A DNA stretch of 64,000 nucleotides, taken from assembly GCA_038496445.1 (NCBI GenBank), contig JALMLS010000353.1, forward strand, positions 377,144 to 441,143, read 5' to 3'. Below the pieces are notes generated by a model that was given only the letters and a program-made list of their open reading frames with translations, was not told the origin of the DNA and made no database searches. Below, in pieces: positions 25,782 through 38,367 of the stretch; within the stretch, counting starts at the first letter, position 1, and every line of letters begins with the position of its first letter. Origin of the DNA: Trichosphaerium sp. ATCC 40318 (Eukaryota; Protista; Tubulinea). The position numbers were made by a program, and so were the translations under genes.

Positions 25782-25936
25782 CAACAGGTCAATTTAGAAC
25801 TATTCACAAGATTCGCAGGAAACCGTAGTAAGAAAATTGTGAGAATAAAAATAACTTTCAGAACAACTTGGGTAACGTTGATCGTAAAGGAAAACAATTA
25901 TCTGTAATAGTGCAATAATCTGGTTGACCTAGTTCT

Positions 25937-27420
25937 ATGGCTACCACACTCAAAGCGAAGGTCGGCGAAAGGTAACGTACCACGTGACTTTGTTGCGCTT
26001 AGCACTGTTCTATCAGCTCATTGGAGCAAATCGACAGTGGGGAGTCAGCAGATGATTATTTGATTGTTCTTAAGTATGTTGATGGATTTAAATGGCTTGT
26101 ATCGCATTACAACACTTCAATAATACACGATAAATTTTCAATTATCCAAAGAAGACCGCATAACACACCTACAAATTGTACATGTTGGTAAATCTCTAGA
26201 TGTCCGCTGCAGCAAAATGTTGTGATTATTTGGATGTCAAGACGACTATTATTCAAAACATCACACGTATGCTACAGCTGGAGGGTTATAGTATTGATAA
26301 AAATTTGGTACATAACTGTTGGCCTGTATCTTTCGATTCTGCAGCCATTCAGGATGCTTATGAAGGAAGTAAGTGAGTGTTTACTGAATTGAATATTGTT
26401 CTAACAAGAAACAGAATGGTTTGGGACGATAGTAATTGTAGATAGGCCAACGCCACCCTCGGGTCACTCAAAACCATACTTGTACCATGGTCACTCAAAA
26501 TCATACTTGTACCACTCGGTGTTTTGCGTTCAAAGCTGAAAACTCGCACACATCAGCGTTGTGTCAGTGAAAGTGATGTGACTGGACTGTTCATGGACGT
26601 GCTGTTGGAAAGAAAAAAGCTTCAGGTGGCATTACCATTTAAATGTAGAAGCTTTTAGAACCTTGTGCCTCATTGATAAAACTGCAGGGTTTATAGTTGC
26701 TAAAGAATATTTAAGAAAATACTTGTCAAAATCCATTCGGAATAATGAGGTTAAGATAGATGAACAAATCATTGCTGCTTGTTCTCCTTGTTGGAGTGAA
26801 TTAACAAGCACAGAGCTTGCAGAAATGGAAAACCAAAGAGATGGCTGCATAGCAATACTTTTAATAACTAATCTTAAATCTTTCTCATATCTCAAGTGTT
26901 TAATTGATACTGCACAAAAAGATGATGAACTGCTTGCTAAGAAAATAGAACACAATATAATTTTCAGTGTTAGCCAATCAAAAAGAAGCTTAGCTGACTT
27001 AAACGAAATTATTGAAGTCGTTGAGCACATACCACCATCAGAAGCTTGGCAAGTAATTTATTGTGATACCTTTAATGTCGATAGGGTACCTACCATACCT
27101 TTTTTCTGGAAAGCTTTAAAGTACGATTCAGCAAGTCACCTGATTAATAACCAACTTGTTAGAGCTGGGATGCTGAACGGTCAACTAGATTTAGATACAG
27201 TACCACACAAAAAGTTTGAAGACTGTATTAGGGGCACGCCATCCAAGGGACATCACAAGAGTAGCAACATTGTCTTGCAACCATTATCATTTGTACCAAC
27301 AGAATTGATTGGCTGGAAAGCCAAATGGTCACAGAAGAGACACAGCTACGAATTTGACTGGTACATTCCTCCCTTTGTTTATTCTAATTATTCAGTAGGG
27401 ATTGTGGTTTAACAACATGA
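25937..27420 (+). pseudogene. Tandem paralog (copy 2) of the SKP1/BTB-like gene, with 5' frameshifts
   Basis: Near-identical DNA blocks shared with copy 1 (ATGGCTACC, CCACGTGACTTTG, GGAGCAAATCGACAGTGG) and shared HIPPSE.WQ.I and IPFFW.ALKY. Early TAA and a 1-nt deletion near 26020. 27-bp tandem duplication at 26462-26515. Confidence 0.6.
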
Positions 27421-27625
27421 AAACAAAACGAGACAGAATATTTCCAGCTGAGCAGTTGGCGTCAAGTTCCATATACCCTCCACCTTACCACACAAGATGG
27501 CTATGTCTAATGAGCCAGAGCAAGACAATGTGTTATAGTCTCATAAAAGGAATACACCTACAACGCTGTGTTTGATAAATATCCATTGCTTGTTTGTAAA
27601 TTTTGTGCAAAGGAGAAAACACTTT

Positions 27626-28855
27626 TTAATGATTAACATATGGCACTGTCTTTACAATTACAGACCTACAAAAAGGGCAAGTCTTAAGCTTTCGTGTACA
27701 TGAAGTACACATAGAATGTCCACATGGATCTATTACCTTCTGCTTAGGACTAGACATACATATGGAACAAATTGTTAAATCTCTTCGTTCCCTCTCCTGA
27801 CGAGCAAGTTTGGCTTCTAAAGTTTTCGCGAGTGCTTCCATCTTTTTAAATTTAGCCACAAGAACGTCTCTCCTTGGAGGCTTTGAAGGTAAAGGTGACA
27901 CAACCACAGGCGTGCTCTCTCTGTTGTTAGTGCTAGCGAGCTGTGCCAAAAGCTTTTCCCGTAATCGTTGTTCCAAAGAAATACTAGCAGACTTTTCTAC
28001 TGGCTGCGTGGACATCTTCAGTTTATCTTCACATAGCACCTTCTCGCATTTCTTCTCGTGTACTTCTGAAAATGCACTCGATCCTGTATCGTGTCGTACT
28101 GGTTTATGGTCTCGTATTGGTGATGGTGGCATACAAGATGTCTTAGCTGGCGAGGAGTATTTTTTAGGTGGAGAGCATGTTTTAGCTGGAGAGGAGCATG
28201 TCTTAGGTGGCGAGGAGCATTTCTTAGCGTTAGGCAAAGGTTTAGATGCTTCAACTTTCATGAGCTCGTCGCAAAGTTTATCCAAAGCATCTGAAACCCA
28301 AAACTCATTTCCTCTGTTATCACGCGCGTACCATTGTGTAAAATCGCTATTTATCGAAACGTGCTCCATGTATCGCGACTTAATAAACTTCTGAAAGATG
28401 TCAGGAAGACCTTTAGATTGCATGGTGTAGTTGTTCATGAATTGGATGAAATACAAATCTTTAGTGAATACCATCGTTTGTACGTCACCGAGCTTCTTTC
28501 TATTAGTTACCAGGCGTCTATGAAGCTCTGGAGGTACACCTCCCCATGCGTATTCGCCGATTTGTAGAACTGCGAAGAACGATGGACCAGGGCCAAGGAA
28601 AACCTTTGTTATTATGCCTTTTAGTATCAATTGCTTCAGGGAGGGGTTCTCAACGTGAAAATTTACTTCGTCTTTGTATTTAAAGAAATACTGGTCTCTG
28701 TCGCCCAGATCGTAATGTATTACACGCTTAGTGTCTGTTTGGAGAGTGGGAATTAAATTTGGCGGGCAATCATTGTAATCGGTGTATTTATCGCTCAAAG
28801 CAACGTATTGAGAATTTTTATCGACGCCAAGAGCGACTGCCTGAAATTGTGCCAT
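27626..28855 (-). CDS. C-terminal RING-HC (C3HC4) ubiquitin-ligase-like protein, intronless
   Basis: CSICM..PCGHSMCTSC..CPFCR preceded by a coiled coil. Central (K/T)CSSP(A/P) heptad-like repeats. Confidence 0.85.
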   Translation of the reverse strand: MAQFQAVALGVDKNSQYVALSDKYTDYNDCPPNLIPTLQTDTKRVIHYDLGDRDQYFFKYKDEVNFHVENPSLKQLILKGIITKVFLGPGPSFFAVLQIGEYAWGGVPPELHRRLVTNRKKLGDVQTMVFTKDLYFIQFMNNYTMQSKGLPDIFQKFIKSRYMEHVSINSDFTQWYARDNRGNEFWVSDALDKLCDELMKVEASKPLPNAKKCSSPPKTCSSPAKTCSPPKKYSSPAKTSCMPPSPIRDHKPVRHDTGSSAFSEVHEKKCEKVLCEDKLKMSTQPVEKSASISLEQRLREKLLAQLASTNNRESTPVVVSPLPSKPPRRDVLVAKFKKMEALAKTLEAKLARQERERRDLTICSICMSSPKQKVIDPCGHSMCTSCTRKLKTCPFCRSVIVKTVPYVNH

Positions 28856-29608
28856 GCTAATTTGTGTACATAAGTTTTACTTCTTTTTACCGCGTTTTTT
28901 CACCACGTACTAATACGTGATAGTGGTAGTTCCTACTTGGGCGCAGGTTGACGTCGCTAGACATCCTTAAACGTTGTATCATTTCCAGGACGACGGGTTC
29001 GCTATTGAAGCACTCAAGCTTGAGTGCTTTCAAGGTTCTTACTCGTTTAGAGGCGTAAAAAGGTCACGTGTCACAATCACGGTAAGGTTTATTAAACAAC
29101 AGTTAAGTTTATGAGTTTGCAAGGTAATTTGCGCTGGTGGTACAACTCCCACAAGTTGGGGTGTACGATAAGTATTACGTGTCATTAACGAGTTTATTTC
29201 TGCACAGTACAAAGTTGACCCTTGCATCCGAAAGGCAAGATGTTGATTGTTTCTCAGCATCACCTTTCTTCTATGTATCTTGCTACCAGTTACGTCAGTG
29301 ACTATAGCCACCATTTCGCTTGTACTTCCCACCATAGGATTGTCATCACCCTCTTGTGAGCGTTTGTACTCCTCTAAATTCTTCCTCAAGCTCCTTCAAC
29401 TGCAACATTGTGCGTAGAATCAAGTATAGTAGTGTACAAATGATTACAAGCATGTACTTGCACGAGAAAAAGATTCACTGCAGCAACAAGAATTGGCACA
29501 TTCAAAAATCACTCAAGCACCCTTTAATGTACAGTATAGACCTATCATATGTTTTGCAGTTATTGGAGTTGCTTCAAGCTTTGGATAATATTCGTATATT
29601 TTTACAGC

Positions 29609-32558
29609 TTATTTAATCTTAATACCTACTTTATCAGGTTCTTCATTAACATCCTCAGGAACATCTTCAACCTCAAACCAAGCATTATCTGCAGCTTTTT
29701 TCTTCGCGTTTTTATCAGCATAAGCAGAATTTTTTTCTCTAGCAGCAAGTTTCTGATCAGCAATCTGCTTGCCATACTTTGATATTTGATAATCATAATA
29801 TTCCATTAATTTTTCAGGATTACGCCTTTGTTTCTTTCTTTGTTCTAACTTCTCAATCCTAAAACACAAAAAAGTAAACTCTCAAGTGCTATATTCACAT
29901 TCTCTCTTTCCATTATCAAGAGATGAAAGTCGTGTGAGGGAGTCAAATACGTACGCTCTTACATTAATTGTATCGCCCCAAAAGGATTTCCTTGCTGTTT
30001 TATACATTTCCTTGGAGTGAGATTTTGTTACTATTTTGCGCTCCAAAACGCCCTAACATGAAATTAAGAAAACCCACTGCAAAGATCAACTAATTCATTT
30101 CGTTTTCATCAAATTGGCAATACATACCTCACGTGTACACACATCTAGTAAAACATGTCCACCAGCCTTTATAGGTTGTCGTATAAGACGACCAAAATGC
30201 TGATCTGTACAAAAAAAAATCAGAACAAAATAGTTCAACTAACATGCTGCGCACGTACCTTTTTGTATTGGTGAAGGATCACTTAGTTTTCCTTTGGAAA
30301 TAATCACATACGAAAACTTTTCGTTTTGAGGTGCTTTTTTCTGTCTATTGTTCCTAAACGACTCCACTGTCGCCTTCTGTATGAAATGACACCAATCTTT
30401 TTTCGCTTGCGGACAACTCAATTGATGAGGGCACTAATTGAACAAACACATAAGTCAACACAACAATAAAATAATTTCGGTCTTACAGGTGAAATTACGT
30501 GTGGATTATCTTTCTCATGCTGGCCATATGTATCTAACACTGTAGTTCGAGCATTTCTAATATGTGCAAAACCTACAGGAGTACCAAAATCGACAAGTAC
30601 CTAAGTTAACACAATAAGTAAAGAAAAAGTCTCAGGTTTGATGGAAACGCACCAATACTCCACCCTGCGGAACTCGATACCATAGTTCCTTCACTACAGA
30701 TCGTCTATCTGCATCTGTACTGAGTTCAGTCAAAAGAAAGGAACCCACAACCTAAATACAAGAGAATGAGTGACTTTTGTTTTACTCCATTGCACATTTA
30801 GTTCAAAATTTATGTTACCAACTCGTGTTTAACTTCACGGCCTTCGTGTATGTATCTACTACGCTCAACATTATTAAACCCATCCAGGATTTGTTCTGAA
30901 AGTTCATTCATGTCATCAGATGGCTCAATTAAAACATACTTGAACAGTTTTAGTGACATTAAATAATTTCAAAATTAAACAACAATTTGGAACCTTTTGA
31001 AGCCTTGGATAAAGCTCTCGTATTGCCCATGTACCAACACCAGTACCAGAGCCACAATCGAGTACAGATTCAGGTTGAAATTTAGGGTATTTGTTACGCA
31101 GCTAGCACAAATGGGTTAAAAACAAGCTTGCAACGAAAAAAAGCTGCTTTCAGGAATACCTCATGCATAACACGATGTGTGCTTGTGTAGACACTGTTTG
31201 AGCGCACTGCTAGAAAAGCCATTGATTCATTCTTTCTGTAAGTGATAGGTGGAATACGCAACTTTAATTTGTCTGCTGCTTTGGAGTACTCAGGGCTGTT
31301 CCGTTTTTTAAACGCTCTCTCCATATCCAAGAGCTCCTGTTCTTCAGCTTTTGCTTCTCTTAATTCTCTTGAGTTGGCAACTGCTTTTATCACTTCACGA
31401 CGGTGCTTTTGAACAACGTAAGCGCCAAAAACGTAGAGATTTGATTTTTAAAAAAAAGCAAAAAAAAATACACTAAAGGAAAAAAACATCGACTCACCTG
31501 ATTCGCTGATGAGTAAGGAGCTTGTTGGCGTAGGATATACGTTCAAAAAATACAACAAAAAAAAAAAGAGTAGGTGTCATTGAAAAAAAAAACCTGTCAT
31601 CAGCGATACAGAGTGCCCGACGGTTAGAATGGTAAAACTTTCTTTTTGGTGACGAAAAAAAAAAATAAATGCGTCTTCTCAAAGGAATGATTAGATAAAC
31701 ATAAGTCGAGAGTTGTATGAATGGACGGCATAGTTTATTTTCAGTTACTAAAAAAACTGAATGAATAAAATGCAAAAAAGAAAATATGTCATGCCTGGGT
31801 ATTTGTAGAGTTTCTTATGTTCAGCATTTCTGCTAGGTGCTTAGAATCCCTCTCAAGCCATGCGCGGTTCCATCCTACATAATGTGAGTTCATACGTTAT
31901 AATAGTTTCTTGAGAACAATACCAAACGCTTATTACGCGTTTGGACGGCGATTAATACGAAAATGGGGAAAATAGAGAGTATACGATGCTACGTGCCTTC
32001 AAGAGCGTCTCTAATGCGATTGCCAAGCGTAACAGGTAAAAAAGTTGTCCCAATCTTGAGGGAGTGCGATAATTTTGAAGAATCCTCTGGGGTTGAGTCT
32101 GTATCAGGTGTGCCTTTCTCAAGGTTGTCTTTCACTTCCTTTAAAGGGTCACTAGGCCTATCGCCCTCTGGGTCGCCAGCTTGTGGAAAGCCATAATTAT
32201 CATCTAAATACGCTTAGAGGTCTCATTTCTTCACAATACGGCCATTCAAAACCAAAATGAGGTAAAAACGCTAACCTCCACCTTCTCCTTCGCCTTCTGG
32301 TTGTGAGTTTGGTATACTAGCGAGGTATTTAGCGAACTGTTCTTTATCTTTGTCTGGTAGGTCCAATAGCTTGTTTAATTTGTCTTGTACAGACTTGCTT
32401 TTTGCAACGCTTGATACATGGCGAATAGCATCATCTAAATGCTTTGTACTTGGTCCTTTCTTTACAGTTACAGTTTTGTGATAGCTTCGTTTTGATGCAA
32501 CAGTTTTACTGCGTTGTGTATTTCTGACTGCCGTGCAGTGTCGCAGGCGTACCAACAT
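29609..32558 (-). CDS. RSM22: Mitochondrial small-subunit assembly factor / methyltransferase-like Rsm22/METTL17
   Basis: Mitochondrial presequence-like N-terminus. PESVLDCGSGTG, LVDFGTPVGF, SPCPHQLSCP, WCHFIQK, EKFSYVI, GGHVLLDVC, ARKSFWGD. Confidence 0.9.
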
Positions 32559-32648
32559 TTTGCATAACAAATGAGACCATTTTTGTTTACCTTCTTTTTT
32601 TTGAGCCAATATTTCACTTCACTTCAGCAAGGTAAAACGCACGTTACC

Positions 32649-33977
32649 ATGAGTACTTTGCCTGTGTTCTTTCCACATGCAGAGCAACCAGACATTGTAC
32701 GAGCTAGTCAAAAAGACGAATATTACAGGCGCTCGTTGTGTGATAAGTACTTTAAGATTTGTAATCGGTACGTTGGATGTCTTTCTGTCTGTTAAAACGA
32801 AATTACGTATTTTGTTAATAACTATCACGTAGCGTTATGGGACCGCGTTTTGCCACGCGTTTTAAAGAAGAACTGACACTAGTACGTAGTATTCCTTATC
32901 GTGTACCCACTCTAACTTTATAGGCGTCTGATAGCACTTATTTTGGCCTTTGCACTTTACTGGGGCGAAAGACGCTTGGAGAAGAGTATTGTGACATCTT
33001 ACAAGTAAATGGCAGCAATGTGTCACCCTATTTTTATGTATGCTACAATTCTCCAATTTACAACAGCCTAACAAGCAACATAGGAGCGCGTTGCACTTGG
33101 TATATGGCAAATAATCGTACCTTACTTATACAACAAATTATGTTCAAAGCTATTACGCTTAGCACGGCCTGCTATCCGTCTACCAAACTTCAAAAGTACG
33201 AACCCTCAGTAAATGTCAAAAAAGTGCCAAGATTTTTTAACCAAATTGAAGGAAAAAAGCAGTGGATAGATATAGAACTCAGCGAAGAAAGAAAGGATCA
33301 GATAAATAAATATGTACCACAATTCAAACAGATAATGGACATTATACAACGGCTGCATGTCGGTGTGTTCTACTTCACAGGTACGCTTTGCTAAATCCTA
33401 GAAACTTTATACTTTTCGGCGTAATTGACTGTTTAAGGCGTGTTTTATCATTGGTCTAATAGACTTGTGAACATACGTTACGTACGTTGATGCATAAAAA
33501 TAGCGCAGTACTAAATACCTGGTCAGATATTTAATAGAAAGCTTGATGAACAACGACCTCGATACATGATACTTGGCCTTCTTATATTCATACAGATTTT
33601 CATTGCGTTGGCAATTTGGACTCATGAACGACTCAAGAAACCTGACACAGAGTACACAAGGATTGTCGTTTGGATCTATTAGCCTAATGTATTCCTCTAG
33701 AAACCAGGAAGAAATAACCGAAACACCCCAGGCTTATGTTGTGAGTCCGGGAACTTGCTCGCTCTGTCTTGAAAACCGAACACACTCCACATCCACGCCA
33801 TGCGGTCACTTATACTGCTGGAGTTGTATAACAGAATGGAGTAATACAAAAGTAAGTTTGGACTTTTTTTTTACAATGCAATTTTGTTCTTGTCATTAAT
33901 CTGGACTTTAGTTGGCATGTCCAATGTGCCGTGCACCATTCAAGAAAAAGGAATTGATGCGCGTATACGGCATATGA
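32649..33977 (+). CDS. PEX10: Peroxin 10 (RING peroxin)
   Basis: [28 protein letters not shown], and C-terminal [26 protein letters not shown]. Confidence 0.93.
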
Positions 33978-34243
33978 GCTTACGAGTATTGCACAGTGTA
34001 CATAATAAAATTTCTGTAAGACAGCCTTCTCTGCGTACATGCTGTGGTGAATGCTGAGAATGGGCGAAACCAGTACAATTCAGCAAGAGTTTTGATAGTA
34101 CTCACACAAACCGCGATTTTTTGGTTGTCTATTTATTGTCAGTGATTTTCTTGACTGCTGTAAAAAATAATAGTGTATAGCTTGGTAACGCATACATCGT
34201 TGTAGAATTACATCTATAGTATTGAATTCACTCACACAACAAA

Positions 34244-34889
34244 ATGAATAGAGCCAACTTGGTTGTTACGTTTTTAAAGAGGAAGAACTGCTCGCTATGC
34301 GACAAAGCTATGGAGAAGCTTCAGATTGTTCAAAAGAAAGTAAGTGATTTTAAACCAGCTCTATGCTGTATTCTCTTATCCTGAACGCCTTGGAGTGCCC
34401 TAACAAACTATTAGCAACCTTTTGAGCTGAAAGAGGTAAATGTCGATGTAGCTCACTATAGAGTGCGTATAAGCGTTTAATACATTCACGAGCGATCAAG
34501 TTCATCGTTTAATCTGTTTTTTTTATCCTTTGCCGCAATAAGCGCGTTTGTAGGTTTGACATGTACCTAACATTGTTGCATAGGTATGGGCGCGTCGTTA
34601 CATGTTCGATGTGCCAGTTGCTTTGGTTGATGGCAAAGAAATCTTCCGCCATCATTGTGATACTGACAGAACGCTAAGGGCACTACAAAAAGAGCGTGCA
34701 CGCCTAGATAAAATTCACGCTGCGCTCAAAGGACACGAGAGCATTCTTTCCCAGAAAGACAAAGAAACAGTCCTATCGCGACGTAATGTCATTGATCATG
34801 ATATCAAAACAACACCAATTGAAGAAACAAGCGAAGAAGTTCGTGCTCATCTCACCCCAGAGCAACTCGCACTCGAGGACAAAAACTAG
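34244..34889 (+). CDS. Glutaredoxin-like (DUF836, C5orf63/YDR286C-like) protein with C-terminal extension
   Basis: NCSLCDKA, VNVD..WARRYMFDVPVALVDG..FRH. 3' end uncertain (possible homopolymer frameshift). Confidence 0.75.
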
Positions 34890-36577
34890 ATACACAACTG
34901 GCAGCAAAAGAAACCAAAAAAAACAAGAATCGATCATTTGGATTATTGGTATTTTTTTTTTATTATTTCAGGTTGTTCCGCTTGCTGTGTTGCTTCTACA
35001 TTCAAAAAGGGCCACCAATAGCTTTTTTTTTACAAGCAGAAGAGGAAAAAAAGTGGTTCAATTGAAGTGTTTGTCCAAAATGTGATTATATGTACAGTTG
35101 TAATTACCTTAATTTGAAGCCTTTACGACTCCATGATTGTCTGTTTTATTGTACATGCTAGTGTTGTCTTTTTTCACGTTGTGTTATTCTTTGTGAGTCT
35201 TTACACAAAGCTCCCTTTCAGGAAAAAATGAAAAATAGGAGTTGACATGAACGACTTCAATTTTCTTAGACTTCTCACCAACTTATACAATACCAGCGAC
35301 AATACACGTGTTGTTACCCTATACCAGTGTTTCCATAAAAGTGTGAAACTATGCTTAGTAACGTCCAAGTTGTGAGTGTGTAGGTTTCAATTTCAACGTT
35401 CACGTTGTCGCATAGTCCCAGTAAATAACTGGTTATTCGGCTTTGTAGTTTAGTTGAACTAACTTCGTTTGGCTGACAAAAGAATGTAAACAGCGCTTAC
35501 ACGTACAATACCTGAACATAATATCATTGCTACTGTTCAAAGGGTTAATAAAGTGTTCAGAAAATATTATGCGGAATTCAATTGCAAGAAAACCGATTAG
35601 CCACGTGTTTTTAGTTATATGCCATTTGCTTTTATTTATAGATTTGACAATAACTAGAATACAACGCCAGGTTTGTATGTAGTAGTTTAATACATGTATT
35701 GTAGCATTATCTGATGGATTCTCGATTGTAACTACCAGAAATTCTCCAATAGAATACTCTTGGCGTAAATCTAAGTGAACTCTACGAAGAGTTTAGCTAT
35801 TGCACAAAACTCCACAAGAGTTCTACATCGTGTGAGGCACAACTCATCACTTTTAAAGCGGAGCCTTCCGGCAGCTTGTAGACGCATTGAATCCTTGTTT
35901 GCTAAGATCAAGCACTGCTCCGGAACCGGAACTGACCTTAAACCTCCGTGTTATTTACTATGATAAATCAAAAATGGCCGTGATAATCCATGTATCTCTC
36001 TTTACTTTAGAAACTGAAGCGGAGTTCTTAAGTGGTTGTGTTGTGATGAGAACTGACTTATTTTTTACTTTCACAAAAAGATCATGAGCGTTAAAGGTCG
36101 TGCTGTAGTTTATCGGCCTAGTCCAACGACACCTGTATCAGGGAGACTGCCAATGCTATTTGAGTTCAAAATAAATAAGTTGGTATGTTTAGCAATGTAT
36201 TTTTGTTATTACGCCACAAGACATTTTCGCTAATATGAAACTAGTGTCCACTCTACTTCTGTGAGACAGGATGGAAGTTACGAAGCTCTCCCACGTCCTT
36301 TAAGAATAAAGAATTTAGCTGCAAGCGGCGCTCCCTTCGCCGAAGACTCAGTATACTGTTTGATGGCACTAAAACGACTAACGGCAAAAAATCACGTGAT
36401 AAAAGAATGGAGATAACCTTCGTAACTTTGCGGTAACACACTGCCGTAGATGTAAATAAACTGCTTGTACATACATTTTGACCATACTTGATGAAATTGT
36501 GTCACATATGCGACAAGTGATATTTGAGGACATTGAATGTATTTAGTTACAGGTATTCTTTTTTTCTTGTTGTTTAT

Positions 36578-38240
36578 TTACACAGCTTCTTCTTCTTTAT
36601 CAACATAAGTTACATTTTCTCCTTTTTTAGGCGCCGCGAATATCTCATCAAATGCAACCCAATCTTTTCTCGTGAATACTGTGTACTCATGGTCTGGACA
36701 TATCTCTTTTGTAACAGCTCTAACCTCCGTCCAAGGCAAAGGAATATATTGTACAAGCAATGTCCTTTCGCCTCTATCCCTTGCCTTAAACACTCGTGTG
36801 ACATCTTCTACTGTATAATACCGATAAGCATCACATTCTTTATATGATTGTAACGTACACGTGAAGCATGCAACACTGAGGTTCTGTTTAAAAGTTGCTT
36901 TTAAAGCTGCCTTTAACAGCTTGCGTGAAGTAAAAGCTATATTGTTGTAATAAGAAAACTCTGACGCCCACCACTCTATCACAATCAGTCAATAAAAAAT
37001 GTCACGCTAATTTAACAGTACCAATTATATCACTCAGCCTCATATCTCTTCCACCTTCAGGAGCTATAAAGTAAAGATATATGTCTCTAATCTTTCGTTG
37101 AACATCTCTACCTCTCTAAATATCCTCATTAGAATTTGTATAATGAGAAAAACCTGAGTGTACATGATAGTCGTGTACAAAGTTATTAAACTCAAGAAAT
37201 CCTGAGAAATCACGTAAAGTTGCTTTACCCTACCAATAAAAGTAAGGATAATTAGTTATTACTAGCTTTTTGTGTACACCAGATAGTTGGAAGGCACCAT
37301 CTATATATACACCTGCTTTTTTCACGTTTGGACGTCCAAGTCGTTGCAGCCCAAGCTTAAAAACATTGACTGTTTCTATTGGTTTTGGTGAAAGGTTTAA
37401 TTTTATCTTTTTTGGCGCTTCGGCTTCTTTTTCTTCAGCTTCTGCAGCTGTTGAATCTTCAGTTTCTTCTTCAACGTTAGTGGCTTCATCCTTTTTGTGT
37501 TCATTGACATCTTCGGTAGTTTGAATATCATTTTCTTCTGTAACTTGTTCAACGTTTTCACGTGCTTCTTCCGAACTGACATTAACTTCGTTACTGTTTT
37601 CATCATTGCTTTCCTCTTGGTTAACAGATTTATTTTCTTCTGTAGGCTCTGAATTTGTATCAGCCTCTTTATCTTCGGAAGATACCCTATCTAATAGTGA
37701 TCTATTAATACGAGCATACGCGCACCACGTGCCTGGACGAAGCGTTTTATTGTACTCTTCAATAGAACTAAAAACAGGAACATAGTGCGTCTTCTCAGAT
37801 TCTACACCGACAACTTGTTTGTCGTCTTGCACTGGAACAAGCCATCTCAACAAAGTGTCAATTATTTAATGTGCCATGTTGTTAATTACGTTGCACGTGA
37901 GTTCATAGCTTCTATGAACGCCAGTTTACGAAACTGACTGTACGTCTTTGATGTAGGTTTGTCTCTGCGAATCTAAAGACGGCAAGTGTTATTTAATGAT
38001 CTCACGATCCTAAATACGCACAATATTCCATCTATGAACGACCTTAGGCCAGTTTGGAGTTTTTCCATTTCTCGTGATACCTTTTGCTTTTAAAAGCCTC
38101 CTATTGCTATCCTCGTCAAAGCTTTTGCGTATTTCCATGTGTCTGGTAGATTGTTTGTGTGTCTGGCGCGTACGCAGTACTATTTTCGTTAAAACACTCT
38201 ATACAACGTATATACGAACCATTGTGTGATTTAGCGCCAT
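36578..38240 (-). CDS. Uncharacterised multi-exon protein with SseB-like motifs and an acidic insert
   Basis: WLVPV..YVPVFSSIEEY and IAFTSRKLL resemble SseB N-terminal domain motifs. Start approximate. Confidence 0.45.
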
Positions 38241-38367
38241 AGGCAGCAGACTTCAACATGATAGCTACGAATCACAGTAAACCCAGACGTCAAATGAAGT
38301 CTTGACTTGACACAATCAACAACTCTGCGGAGCACACGTATCAAGAATACTGAATCCATCACAGTTA

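Noticed and set aside
27810-28394. Long antisense ORFs (also 46142-46558, 79-531)
   Set aside because: Shadow frames of real genes with low-complexity coding sequence.
28900-29600. Small spliced gene or ORF 29039-29389
   Set aside because: Splice-like signals exist on the plus strand, but I could not build a coherent, recognisable protein on either strand.
31487-31725. U12, U6atac, telomerase, RNase P/MRP or TPP riboswitch gene in the RSM22 intron
   Set aside because: Only 10-11-nt matches. The flanking conserved elements (U12 5' stem, AAGGAGA box, full CUAACCCU template, P4 motifs, CUGAGA) are absent.
35200-36500. Plus-strand gene fragments
   Set aside because: Short ORFs without recognisable motifs. 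Could be a divergent gene or pseudogene but is unsupported.
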